A stretch of DNA of 32,395 nucleotides. It comes from an uncultured Parabacteroides sp. GTDB lineage: Bacteria > Bacteroidota > Bacteroidia > Bacteroidales > Tannerellaceae. Under the pieces are notes generated by a model that was not told where the DNA came from, made no database searches, and saw nothing but the letters and a program-made list of their open reading frames with translations. The translations under genes and the position numbers were made by a program. The stretch lies in NCBI GenBank assembly GCA_947074335.1, contig CAMTPG010000001.1:1-32395 (forward strand), written 5' to 3'. This document shows positions 18,525 to 27,850 of the stretch, piece by piece; positions within the stretch are counted from its first letter, which is position 1; every line of letters starts with the position of its first letter.

Positions 18525-18532
18525 TATTTTTG
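18525..18532 (+). promoter_or_regulatory. -7 element for the five-gene cassette
   Basis: TATTTTTG ending 48 bp before ATG 18581; no clear -33 box. Confidence 0.5.
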
Positions 18533-18580
18533 TATCTCGCAAATAATAATATTCGCTAACTCAATTAATACCATTAACAC

Positions 18581-19189
18581 ATGTTTCCCGTTAAACCGCT
18601 GTTTTTAATTATACTCCTGTTTATTACAGCCTCAGCCTGCCAGACCGACAAACCGGTTTATACCATTCAGGGCACACTGCCTTCGTCCGAATATGACGGC
18701 GAATGGATCTATCTGGCTCCGCTTGTTAATGCAACCACCGAAACGATCGATTCGGTAAAAATAGAAAACAGTCAGTTCACCTTCGAAGGCATGAACGAAG
18801 AGATGCGCGTAATCCGTATGCGCATGATGCTTCGCCATAAATTTCAGGAACTGCTGGTGGTTACCGAACCGGGACTTACCACGGTCATCATCGATTCGGT
18901 CAGCTCGGCTTCCGGTACGCCTCAGAATGAGGCACTTCAACTGTGGAAAGAGGAAAAAGCCGGCTACGACAGCTACAGTTATCAGCACTTTCAAAAGCTG
19001 AAAACGGCCACACCGGCCGACTCGGCATTCCTGTCAGCCGGATTAGAAGCGATAAAAAACGATTTCCAACTCTTCAATTTTAACTTCATGAACGAGAATT
19101 GGAATAATACGGCAGGGCGATTTCTCTATCCGTTAATTAAACCCACCTTAAGTGTGGAGCAACAAGAGGCACTGCATGAGCTTGATTAA
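18581..19189 (+). CDS. DUF4369-like lipoprotein without a thioredoxin domain
   Basis: Lipobox ASAC; YTIQG..DGEWIYL...IDSVKIENSQFTFEG...EPG...GTPQNE pattern; no CxxC. Confidence 0.75.
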   Translation: MFPVKPLFLIILLFITASACQTDKPVYTIQGTLPSSEYDGEWIYLAPLVNATTETIDSVKIENSQFTFEGMNEEMRVIRMRMMLRHKFQELLVVTEPGLTTVIIDSVSSASGTPQNEALQLWKEEKAGYDSYSYQHFQKLKTATPADSAFLSAGLEAIKNDFQLFNFNFMNENWNNTAGRFLYPLIKPTLSVEQQEALHELD

Positions 19190-20711
19190 ACGCAACCTGT
19201 CGGGCATTTGTTTAGCGGCGGCCACACTGGCCTGTTTTCTGTTTTTCTTTTTCCGCTATCCAAATCATCTGTTCCACAAAGAACAGATGCTGCTCTTCAT
19301 GTATGCACCGGCATTTCTGGAAACTTATCTGCAGAAACCGGCCGGAATCTCGCTGCTGATCGGCGATTTCCTGACTCAGTTTTATTATTTCAGAGCCGGC
19401 GGCCCGCTAATCCTCTCGGTCTTACTTATGCTGACCGGATTAGCAAGCTACCGCATACTCCGCAAATGGCTGCCGCCAATGATCGCCCTGATCGCCATTC
19501 CGGTAATCATGTGTTGGGAAGCCGGTCGTAATTGTATTTTAATCTATCCACTGGCATCGACCGTGTCGCTACTTGTCGGCATGAGTCTGTTTCTGCTCTG
19601 GCAAAAAATCCGGGTTCGCACACTCCGCCTGGTACTCAGTGCGCTCTTTCTGGCAATAGCCTGGTTCGGGTTTGGCTATGCCGCTTGGGTTTGTCTGCTG
19701 CTGATGATCATTCACGAACTGTACAAAAAAGAATGGGCAGGAGCCGCACTGCTATGCATGGCATTTTTCATCTTGCCTGCACAATCCATTCCGGCTACTA
19801 CCTTTTGGGGCAGGCCCAGTTTCGATCGCGAACATATATTCGCTCTCGACAAAGCGCTGCTCGACAATGATAAAACAGCGCTCAATGCACTGCTTGAAAC
19901 CGATTATCAGATGAACTGGAACAGCTTCTTTCATAACCTGCATCGGGCAACCGAAAACCGGCTACCCGACGAGCTGATGCAATTTTATCAGCCGGCATCG
20001 CAGGCGCTGATCCTGTCCGTAGGGCCCGAATCATCCTATCTATCGATACTCTTTGCCAACGAATTCTGGTTCAGAGCCGGCGATATGACCATGGCCGAAC
20101 ACTGCGCCATGCTGAGTATGATCTTTTCGCCCGATCATGCGGGCACACGTAATCTCAGGCGACTGGCCGAGATCAACCTCATCAACGATGATTCTGCGGC
20201 TGCTTTGAAATACCTGCGTATGCTGGACAAAACAGCCTTTCATAAAAACTGGGCCCGCCGGCAAATGGCGCTGCTGGAACAACAGGAGTCGGATCCGGCA
20301 CAGATGCAGATTCGCAAACGCATACCCGATTCCGATTATCTGCGTAAATCGGGCGATGTTACCGGTTCACTGCGTCATCTCTTGCAATGCAATCCCGATA
20401 ATCCGATCGCTTATCAGTATCTGCTGAGTTATGCCCTGCTGAATAAAGATTTGACTAATTTCTTTGCCGATTACCGCCCCGATTATATGCCCGGACGTGT
20501 TTTTGCCGAAGCGGCACTGATTGTGCTGGCGCAGCAACAACAGCTTACACCCGAAAATCTGCGGAAATATCAGATTCCGCCCTATCTGGTGCAACAGTTT
20601 ATGCAATATAACGAAATGTACAATCGTGATCCCGAAGATATTGAAGCGCTGCAGGCTGACTTCTGCAACAGTTACTGGATTTATTATCATTTTGCCGTTT
20701 TGCCGTCATGA
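19176..20711 (+). CDS. DUF6057-like polytopic membrane protein with TPR-like C-terminus (copy 1); ATG 19176 preferred over GTG 19152
   Basis: EQ..LF, GIS..I.DFLTQFYY, RRLAE.NLIN, KYLR.L, C-terminal YW.YY; several hydrophobic helices in the first ~210 aa; paralog of 22171-23940. Confidence 0.75.
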   Translation: MSLIKRNLSGICLAAATLACFLFFFFRYPNHLFHKEQMLLFMYAPAFLETYLQKPAGISLLIGDFLTQFYYFRAGGPLILSVLLMLTGLASYRILRKWLPPMIALIAIPVIMCWEAGRNCILIYPLASTVSLLVGMSLFLLWQKIRVRTLRLVLSALFLAIAWFGFGYAAWVCLLLMIIHELYKKEWAGAALLCMAFFILPAQSIPATTFWGRPSFDREHIFALDKALLDNDKTALNALLETDYQMNWNSFFHNLHRATENRLPDELMQFYQPASQALILSVGPESSYLSILFANEFWFRAGDMTMAEHCAMLSMIFSPDHAGTRNLRRLAEINLINDDSAAALKYLRMLDKTAFHKNWARRQMALLEQQESDPAQMQIRKRIPDSDYLRKSGDVTGSLRHLLQCNPDNPIAYQYLLSYALLNKDLTNFFADYRPDYMPGRVFAEAALIVLAQQQQLTPENLRKYQIPPYLVQQFMQYNEMYNRDPEDIEALQADFCNSYWIYYHFAVLPS

Positions 20712-22162
20712 GAAAGATCCTGCTATATCCTGTCATTACAGCATTTCTGGTGTTGTGCAGCTGCCGGCCCGAACCGGCTATCCGCATCGATATGCAGCAA
20801 CCGGCGCCGATCTATCCCGATTATACCGATATTGCCATTCCCTGCAACATTGCTCCGCTTAATTTCGGCGTACGCGAGCATGTCTCGGAAGTACAGGTTT
20901 TACTGCAGGGTGAAACAACCCATCTGCAGGCATCGGGTAAAAATAAAATACAGTTTTCGCTGAAGAGCTGGAAAAAATTTATGCAGCAGGAAACGGGCAA
21001 CCGTGTTGCCGTGCATTTCTCCATGCAGCAGGGCGACTCGTTGCTGAACTATCCGCCCTTCTACTGGCAGATCATGCCCGATTCTATAGACAGTTACCTG
21101 AGTTACCGGCTTATCGAACCCGGTTTTGAGGTGTGGAATCATCTGCAGCTGGAAGAGCGCAACCTGGAGAATTTCGAAACGCGCCTCATTGCCGACAACA
21201 GCGAGCTGGATCGCTCCTGCATGAACTGCCACATCTATGGCAACAACGACGGATCGCTTTCGCTCTTTCATATCCGTGGCAAACAGGGCGGAACCGTGCT
21301 GAACCGGAATGGCGAGTTGCGAAAACTGCAGCTGCGCAATGAGGAGTTTCCCGCGGGAGCCGTGTATGGCAGTATTCACCCTTCCGGTCGTTATGCCGCC
21401 TTTTCGGGTAATCATATTATACCCGAATTTCATGCGCATCAAAACAAACGACTGGAAGTTTATGATGAATACAGTTATTTACTTATTGCCGAATTTGATG
21501 AGAACCGGCTGGCATCAATCCCGGCGCTGACCGACAAAAGTAAACAATATACCTTTCCGGCCTTTTCGGCCGACGGCACGCAGCTCTATTTCTGCATGGC
21601 GCCGGCACTGGAGCTGCCCGAAAATATAGATTCGCTCTTTTATTCGATTGCACGTATCAATTTTGATGCTGCAACCGGCATGCCGCAGGGCGAAATCGAA
21701 ATCATCTGGCAGGGCAGTCGCGAAACCGGCTCGGCTTCGCACCCCGGATTATCACCGGATGGAAAATATTTACTATTTTGCGTGGCCGGCTACGGCACCT
21801 TCCCAATCTGGCACCGCGAAACCGATTTGTATCTGATGCACCTTGCTGACGGAGAAGTTGAGTTGCCGGCGGCGGTAAATTCGGATCGTTCGGATACCTA
21901 TCACAGCTGGTCGTCGAACAGTCGCTGGTTTGTATTTGCCAGCAAGCGCGACGACGGATTATATGGTAAACCCTACTTTGCCTACATTGACAGCACAGGC
22001 AAAACGTACAAACCGTTTGTTTTGCCTCAAAAAGATCCGGAGTGGTATGATCTTACCCTAAAATCATACAATATTCCGGAACTGGCCGGTTCTGCGCTTC
22101 CGTTCGATCGCAGGAAACTGGAAAAAGTATATCATCAAACTCAGTCTGAAACATTTAAGTAG
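20708..22162 (+). CDS. TolB/PD40-like beta-propeller lipoprotein with CxxCH motif (copy 1)
   Basis: Lipobox LCSC; CMNCH (21218-21232); PD40-like repeats HPSGRYAAF, PAFSADG, SPDGKYLLF, WSSNSRWFVF; ATGA overlap with the upstream gene. Confidence 0.8.
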   Translation: MRKILLYPVITAFLVLCSCRPEPAIRIDMQQPAPIYPDYTDIAIPCNIAPLNFGVREHVSEVQVLLQGETTHLQASGKNKIQFSLKSWKKFMQQETGNRVAVHFSMQQGDSLLNYPPFYWQIMPDSIDSYLSYRLIEPGFEVWNHLQLEERNLENFETRLIADNSELDRSCMNCHIYGNNDGSLSLFHIRGKQGGTVLNRNGELRKLQLRNEEFPAGAVYGSIHPSGRYAAFSGNHIIPEFHAHQNKRLEVYDEYSYLLIAEFDENRLASIPALTDKSKQYTFPAFSADGTQLYFCMAPALELPENIDSLFYSIARINFDAATGMPQGEIEIIWQGSRETGSASHPGLSPDGKYLLFCVAGYGTFPIWHRETDLYLMHLADGEVELPAAVNSDRSDTYHSWSSNSRWFVFASKRDDGLYGKPYFAYIDSTGKTYKPFVLPQKDPEWYDLTLKSYNIPELAGSALPFDRRKLEKVYHQTQSETFK

Positions 22163-22170
22163 TACTATAT

Positions 22171-23940
22171 ATGAAACATTCGAATGTTTATTCATCCGTA
22201 AACCGGATAGCTCCGATACTCTTTGCACTGGCCGCTCTGTTGTGGTGGGGTCTTGCCAATAAATACCTGTTGTATTATCAGGAACAGTTCCAGCTGTTTC
22301 AGTTTACGTTCGATTATCTGAAATCGCGCTGCCTTGTTCCCGGCGGCATAAGTTTCTATATCGCTGATTTTCTGACTCAGTTCTATTATTATCCCTGGAT
22401 CGGCGCGGCGATTATTGCACTGCTGCTCGTAATTATCCGGCAACTGGTATTCCGACTGGGGCGCCTGCTAAAGGCAGATGCAACCTACGGATTACTCTCG
22501 TTTTTGCCTTCGATTGCCTTCTGGGCCTTTTTGTGCGACGAAAATGCATTGTCGGGATTGCTGATTGGTACGATTTTCTCACTGGCTGCCTGTTGCATTT
22601 ATATGCGCTTTCCTGGAAATTTAACCAATCGGGTGATTTGCATTCTGGTTTCGTTGCCTGTATTATATGTAGTGGCAGGCAGTGTCTATTTTTTGTTCAT
22701 TGCCTGGGCTGTGATTTATGAATTTCGTGAAGCGATGCGTCGCAAAGAAGTAGCTCACGCCCTGCTCCGTCTGGGATTGCTGGTGCTGGCCGGTATTTTG
22801 ATTCCGTTACTGGCACAGTTGGTTACGCAATATGCTTTTGCCGGATTACTCAGTGGCATCGGTTATTACCGGTTTCCGCAACTTTATACCTTTACCGGGC
22901 TGGCAGCAGTTGCGCTCTGTGTGGCAACTCCCTGGCTGATGCGCGGATTCAGTCTGCTGAAATCGCCCGAAAAAAGAGGATTCATCCTCACCCTGACAGC
23001 CGTGGCAGGCATCGGCTTTGTCTGGATTTACAAGGCTGCCGATCCGATGAAAGAGGAGATCATGAGATACGATTACCTGACTAAAACAGGACAATGGAAT
23101 GCCGTTATCGCAGAGGCGGAGAAAAAATCGCCGACATCGCCATTAAGTGTAGCCTGTCTGAATCTGGCACTGGCCAAAAATAATCAGCTGGGTGACCGGA
23201 TGTTCGAGTTTTATCAGAATGGTCCCGAAGGGTTGATCCCGTCGTTCAAACGCGATTTCTATGCACCGCTGGTGAGTAATGAAATCTATTATCAGCTGGG
23301 CATGATCAATACGGCACAACGCTTTACGTTCGAGGCGATGGAGGCCATTCCCGATTACCGCAAAAGTAGTCGTGCCTTCCGGCGACTGGCCGAAACAAAC
23401 CTCATCAACGGACAATATAAAGTAGCCGAAAAATACCTCCGCGCCCTGCAACATACCCTGTTTCATAAAAAATGGGCCGATACGATGCTGAAATATGCCG
23501 GCAACGAGTCGGCCATAGCCGGTAATCCCGAAATGGCGCGCCTGCGCAAATCGCGTTACATCAACGATTTTCTGTATAGTGATACCGAAATGGAGGATAT
23601 GCTGGGATTGCTGCTGGCACAAAATCCGGAGAACAGGCTGGCTTTTGAATATTTACTGGGATACACATTACAAAATAAGGATCTGGAGCGGTTTATGACT
23701 TATTATCCGCTGGGACGCACCATGAATTACACGCATATCCCGAAATCATATCAGGAGGCATTGATCTATATGTGGACGCAACAAAATCCGAATTTTAACG
23801 GATTGCCCTGGAGTATCTCGCGCAATGTGCTGGATGGTGTATCCGAGTTTGCACATATCTATATGAAACAAAAGCAACCCGAAGCGATCCTGAAAGAAAA
23901 GTATGGTAAAACATACTGGTATTATTTATTATTTGTTTAA
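22171..23940 (+). CDS. DUF6057-like polytopic membrane protein with TPR-like C-terminus (copy 2)
   Basis: YQEQFQLF, PGGISFYIADFLTQFYY, RRLAETNLINGQYKVAEKYLRAL, YGKTYWYYL; multiple TM helices in the first ~290 aa. Confidence 0.8.
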   Translation: MKHSNVYSSVNRIAPILFALAALLWWGLANKYLLYYQEQFQLFQFTFDYLKSRCLVPGGISFYIADFLTQFYYYPWIGAAIIALLLVIIRQLVFRLGRLLKADATYGLLSFLPSIAFWAFLCDENALSGLLIGTIFSLAACCIYMRFPGNLTNRVICILVSLPVLYVVAGSVYFLFIAWAVIYEFREAMRRKEVAHALLRLGLLVLAGILIPLLAQLVTQYAFAGLLSGIGYYRFPQLYTFTGLAAVALCVATPWLMRGFSLLKSPEKRGFILTLTAVAGIGFVWIYKAADPMKEEIMRYDYLTKTGQWNAVIAEAEKKSPTSPLSVACLNLALAKNNQLGDRMFEFYQNGPEGLIPSFKRDFYAPLVSNEIYYQLGMINTAQRFTFEAMEAIPDYRKSSRAFRRLAETNLINGQYKVAEKYLRALQHTLFHKKWADTMLKYAGNESAIAGNPEMARLRKSRYINDFLYSDTEMEDMLGLLLAQNPENRLAFEYLLGYTLQNKDLERFMTYYPLGRTMNYTHIPKSYQEALIYMWTQQNPNFNGLPWSISRNVLDGVSEFAHIYMKQKQPEAILKEKYGKTYWYYLLFV

Positions 23941-23951
23941 TTCTGACCCGC

Positions 23952-25427
23952 ATGAAGACATCAATTATACAAACGCTTGCCTGCTGCCTGCTGCTGCTTA
24001 GCGCCTGTAGCGAACAGATTAATTCGCCTGAAGAAATCGCCGCTTATCCGCCGATCTATCCCGATTATATCGGTGTTACGATTCCGCGCAACATAGCGCC
24101 GCTGAATTTTAATATGGAAACGGACGACTGCGAGCGAATGGATATCCGCATTTTCGCAAACAACAGGGAATTGTATCACCAACAGGGAAAAATCATGGAT
24201 ATCCCGGTGAAACAATGGCAAAAAATATTGGAAGAGGCCAATCATTGCGACAGCCTGATGATTACCGTTCAGGCAAAAGAAGATGGTAAATGGAAAAATT
24301 ATCGCTCTTTTCCGGTCTATTTAAGTAATTATCCGGTAGATTATGGTTTGGTTTACCGCAAAATTGCGCCGGGTTACGAAGTATATAGTAAAATGGGAAT
24401 TTATCAGCGTGATCTTTCTTCCTTCGAAGAAACCGCACTGGTGGAAAATACGCTGGTGAAAGGTATGTGTGTAAATTGTCACACATTTAATCAGACCAAC
24501 CCCGAACAATTCAGTCTGCACATACGCGGAGATCACGGAGCTACTTATCTGAAAAGAGGTACCGATACCGAATATCTCAATACGAAGACAGATCAGACAC
24601 TGGCATCGTGCGTTTATCCCTATTGGCATCCGGATGGCAGTTATATTGCCTATTCAACCAACAATACCCGTCAGTCGTTTCATGTAAACAGTGAAGAGCG
24701 CATCGAGGTTATTGATCTGGCTTCCGATATTGTGGTGTATCATCCCGAATCACACCGGCTCTTACATTGTGATCTGCTTGAAGGAGATGAATACTTTGAA
24801 ACATATCCCGCTTTTTCGCCCGACGGTAAGACACTTTATTTCTGTCAGGCTTCGGTACAAGAGATACCGGCCGGCTATAAAGAGATCCGGTATAATTTAT
24901 GCAGCATTGCATTCGAACCCGATGCGGGAACCTTTGGTAATAAGATCGATACGCTTATTTTAGCCGATACATTATCGAAAAGTATTACTTTTCCCCGTCC
25001 TTCGTACGACGGGAAATATATTTTGTTCACAATGGCCGATTACGGGAACTTCCCAATTTGGCATAAAGAGGCCGATCTGGGTTTGCTGGATTTAACCACA
25101 AATCAATTTAGAATGCTATCAGAAGTGAATAGCAATGATACCGAAAGTTTCCACAATTGGACAAAAAATTCGCGTTGGTTTGTATTTAGCAGTCGCCGGG
25201 ATGATGGCCTGTACACCCGATTGTATCTGGCTTCCGTAGATGATGATGGTCAGGTAAGCAAACCCTTTATGCTTCCGCAGCGCGATCCGAAAACCTTTTA
25301 TGACAGAGATATTTACTCGTATAATGTGCCCGATTTCACAGACAGACCCATTGATTTTGAGCGTCGGATTTTTGAAAAAAAGATTGTTTCGGACGAAAGA
25401 ATTCAGGTAAAATCAGCAAAAAAATGA
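23952..25427 (+). CDS. TolB/PD40-like beta-propeller lipoprotein with CxxCH motif (copy 2)
   Basis: Lipobox LSAC; CVNCH (24468-24482); WHPDGSYIAY, PAFSPDGKTLYF, SYDGKYILF, NSRWFVFSSRRDDGLY. Confidence 0.8.
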   Translation: MKTSIIQTLACCLLLLSACSEQINSPEEIAAYPPIYPDYIGVTIPRNIAPLNFNMETDDCERMDIRIFANNRELYHQQGKIMDIPVKQWQKILEEANHCDSLMITVQAKEDGKWKNYRSFPVYLSNYPVDYGLVYRKIAPGYEVYSKMGIYQRDLSSFEETALVENTLVKGMCVNCHTFNQTNPEQFSLHIRGDHGATYLKRGTDTEYLNTKTDQTLASCVYPYWHPDGSYIAYSTNNTRQSFHVNSEERIEVIDLASDIVVYHPESHRLLHCDLLEGDEYFETYPAFSPDGKTLYFCQASVQEIPAGYKEIRYNLCSIAFEPDAGTFGNKIDTLILADTLSKSITFPRPSYDGKYILFTMADYGNFPIWHKEADLGLLDLTTNQFRMLSEVNSNDTESFHNWTKNSRWFVFSSRRDDGLYTRLYLASVDDDGQVSKPFMLPQRDPKTFYDRDIYSYNVPDFTDRPIDFERRIFEKKIVSDERIQVKSAKK

Positions 25428-25499
25428 ATAATACATTTTTAAGATAACATTGTATTAGTAAATTGATTTTTTAGCCTGTACTTTTGCTAAAAAATCAAT
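25427..25499 (+). promoter_or_regulatory. Internal promoter of the GH26-GH130-symporter-epimerase-esterase unit, with operator-like motif and 14-bp inverted repeat
   Basis: -7 TACTTTTG 25479-25486; AGATAACATTGTATT starts 37 bp upstream, as at susC; IR attgattttttagc / gctaaaaaatcaat. Confidence 0.7.
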
Positions 25500-25500
25500 C

Positions 25501-26616
25501 ATGAAAAACGTAACACTGTTAACACTGCTCAGTGCAGGCTTACTCACAGCTTGTAATCCTGCCAAAAATAATGAGGCGACAAATAAGGATAGTCGTTCTT
25601 CGAAAGAAATTCTGCGCGACAATTTGCGCGCTACTACTCCTAAAGGCGTAATGTTCGGTCATCACGATGACACCGTTTACGGCAAAGACTGGGAATTTGT
25701 GGAAGATGGTTCGGATGTACTGGCCGTTTGCGGCGATTATCCGGCAGTAGTCAGTTTTGATCTGGGACACCTAGAGTTGGGTGATTCTTTAAGTATTGAC
25801 AAGGTGCCTTTTGATCTGATCAGACAGGAGGCTGTTAAACAATATCAACGCGGCGGATTGGTTTCGTTCAGCTGGCATCCGCGTAATCCGAAAACCGGAG
25901 GCGACTCATGGGATGTAAGTGATAAAACCGTGGTTACCTCGATTCTGCCCGGCGGAGAAAACTATGAGAAATTCCAGCAATGGCTGAATAATCTGAACCG
26001 GTTTATCTGCTCTTTGCAAACTGAAGACGGCACAAAAGTACCCGTACTGCTCCGCCCCTGGCACGAACATACAGGCAGTTGGTTCTGGTGGGGACAGGAT
26101 CTGTGTACTACCGACGAATACAAACAACTCTGGCGCATGACTACCGATTATCTGGAACAAAACGGTGCAGCCGATCAGATTTTATATGCCTACTCTACCG
26201 GTACCGAACCGAAAGATACAGCTGCTTATCTGGAGCGTTACCCCGGAGATGACATCATCGAAGTAATCGGTTTCGACGGTTATCAGCGCGAAGACAAAAA
26301 TTTATACCTGAATGATATGGCCGTATGCCTGGCTGTTGTGGATTCGATCGCTAAAGCACATGACAAAATTCTGGCTATCACAGAAACCGGATACGAAGCA
26401 ATACCCGATTCAGTATGGTGGACAGAAACCCTGCTGCCTTTAATGGGAGATTATCCCGTATCGTATGTTTTGTTGTGGCGTAATGCCCGCGAATATGATA
26501 CCCATTTCTTCGGACCATATCCGGGACATGCATCAGCAAATGATTTTATTAAATTTCATCAGCATCCTAAAACTTTATTTTCAAAAGACGTAAACCTGTA
26601 CGAAAACAATAAATAA
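25501..26616 (+). CDS. Beta-mannanase, GH26 (lipoprotein; similar to B. fragilis ManA type)
   Basis: FGHHDD, SWH..NP, RPWHE (acid/base), WFWWG, YPGDD, GFD.Y, AITETG (nucleophile), WRN; lipobox LTAC. Confidence 0.95.
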   Translation: MKNVTLLTLLSAGLLTACNPAKNNEATNKDSRSSKEILRDNLRATTPKGVMFGHHDDTVYGKDWEFVEDGSDVLAVCGDYPAVVSFDLGHLELGDSLSIDKVPFDLIRQEAVKQYQRGGLVSFSWHPRNPKTGGDSWDVSDKTVVTSILPGGENYEKFQQWLNNLNRFICSLQTEDGTKVPVLLRPWHEHTGSWFWWGQDLCTTDEYKQLWRMTTDYLEQNGAADQILYAYSTGTEPKDTAAYLERYPGDDIIEVIGFDGYQREDKNLYLNDMAVCLAVVDSIAKAHDKILAITETGYEAIPDSVWWTETLLPLMGDYPVSYVLLWRNAREYDTHFFGPYPGHASANDFIKFHQHPKTLFSKDVNLYENNK

Positions 26617-26651
26617 AATAAATAATTAACAGATATATTTAGTGATACATT

Positions 26652-27836
26652 ATGGAACAGTTTAATGATAAAGTCGCAGCCCTTTTCGAAAATTACGAAG
26701 CACTGATTACACGCAAAAATACACCGGTAGAAAAAACAAATGGTGTTTATACACGCTATGAATACCCGATTTTAACAGCCGATCACACGCCTGTATTCTG
26801 GCGTTATGATCTGAGTGAAGCACGTAACCCCTTTCTGATGGAGCGCATTGGCATGAATGCAACCATGAATTCGGGTGCAATCAAATGGAATGGTAAATAT
26901 CTTTTGATGGTCCGTGTGGAAGGTGACGATCGTAAATCATTCTTTGCCGTGGCTGAAAGTCCGAACGGCATCGATAACTTCCGCTTTTGGGACTATCCCG
27001 TAACCATGCCGGATGATCTGATTCCTGCTACCAATATCTATGATATGCGCCTGACTGCACACGAAGACGGCTGGATTTACGGAATCTTCTGTGCCGAACG
27101 TAAAGATCCCAATGCGGCACCCGGCGATTTATCATCGGCTACGGCAACAGCAGGCATCGCCCGTACAAAAGATTTGAAAACATGGGAGCGTCTACCTGAT
27201 CTGAAAACTGCCAGCCAGCAGCGCAATGTCGTGTTGCATCCTGAATTTGTAGATGGCAAATATGCCTTGTATACCCGTCCGCAGGATGGATTTATTGATG
27301 CCGGCAATGGTGGCGGTATCGGCTGGGCATTGATCGATGATATCACCAATGCCGAGGTAAAAGAGGAAAGCATTATCGATTCACGTAATTATCATACTAT
27401 AAAAGAGGTAAAGAATGGCGAAGGACCACATCCGATTAAAACCGATAAAGGCTGGTTACATCTGGCTCACGGTGTGCGCGGCTGTGCTGCAGGGCTTCGC
27501 TATGTACTTTATCTGTACATGACATCATTAGAGGATCCTACACGCCCTATTGCCACTCCCGGTGGTTACTTCATGGCTCCCGAAGGTGAAGAACGTATCG
27601 GCGACGTATCGAACGTGCTCTTTACTAACGGCTGGATTGCCGATGAAGACGGAACAGTTTATATCTATTATGCATCATCAGATACACGTATGCATGTGGC
27701 AGTTTCATCAATCGATAAACTGACTGATTACTGTTTCAATACACCGCAGGATGGTCTGACTACTTCTGCTTCGGTAGAAACTTTGAAACGTTTAATTGAT
27801 AATAACAAACCATTTATCCCTGCAGATAAAGCATAA
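26652..27836 (+). CDS. mgp: 4-O-beta-D-mannosyl-D-glucose phosphorylase, GH130
   Basis: [71 protein letters not shown]; no signal peptide. Confidence 0.95.
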   Translation: MEQFNDKVAALFENYEALITRKNTPVEKTNGVYTRYEYPILTADHTPVFWRYDLSEARNPFLMERIGMNATMNSGAIKWNGKYLLMVRVEGDDRKSFFAVAESPNGIDNFRFWDYPVTMPDDLIPATNIYDMRLTAHEDGWIYGIFCAERKDPNAAPGDLSSATATAGIARTKDLKTWERLPDLKTASQQRNVVLHPEFVDGKYALYTRPQDGFIDAGNGGGIGWALIDDITNAEVKEESIIDSRNYHTIKEVKNGEGPHPIKTDKGWLHLAHGVRGCAAGLRYVLYLYMTSLEDPTRPIATPGGYFMAPEGEERIGDVSNVLFTNGWIADEDGTVYIYYASSDTRMHVAVSSIDKLTDYCFNTPQDGLTTSASVETLKRLIDNNKPFIPADKA

Positions 27837-27850
27837 ATGAGGATACTATT

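Noticed and set aside
20708-25427. Calling the propellers true TolB or cytochrome c biogenesis proteins
   Set aside because: No tolQRA/pal context and no CcsA/CcmF WWD motif; only generic PD40-like repeats are supported
25462-25499. Invertible promoter (phase variation)
   Set aside because: Only 10 bp lie between the repeats, too short for recombinase inversion; no invertase nearby
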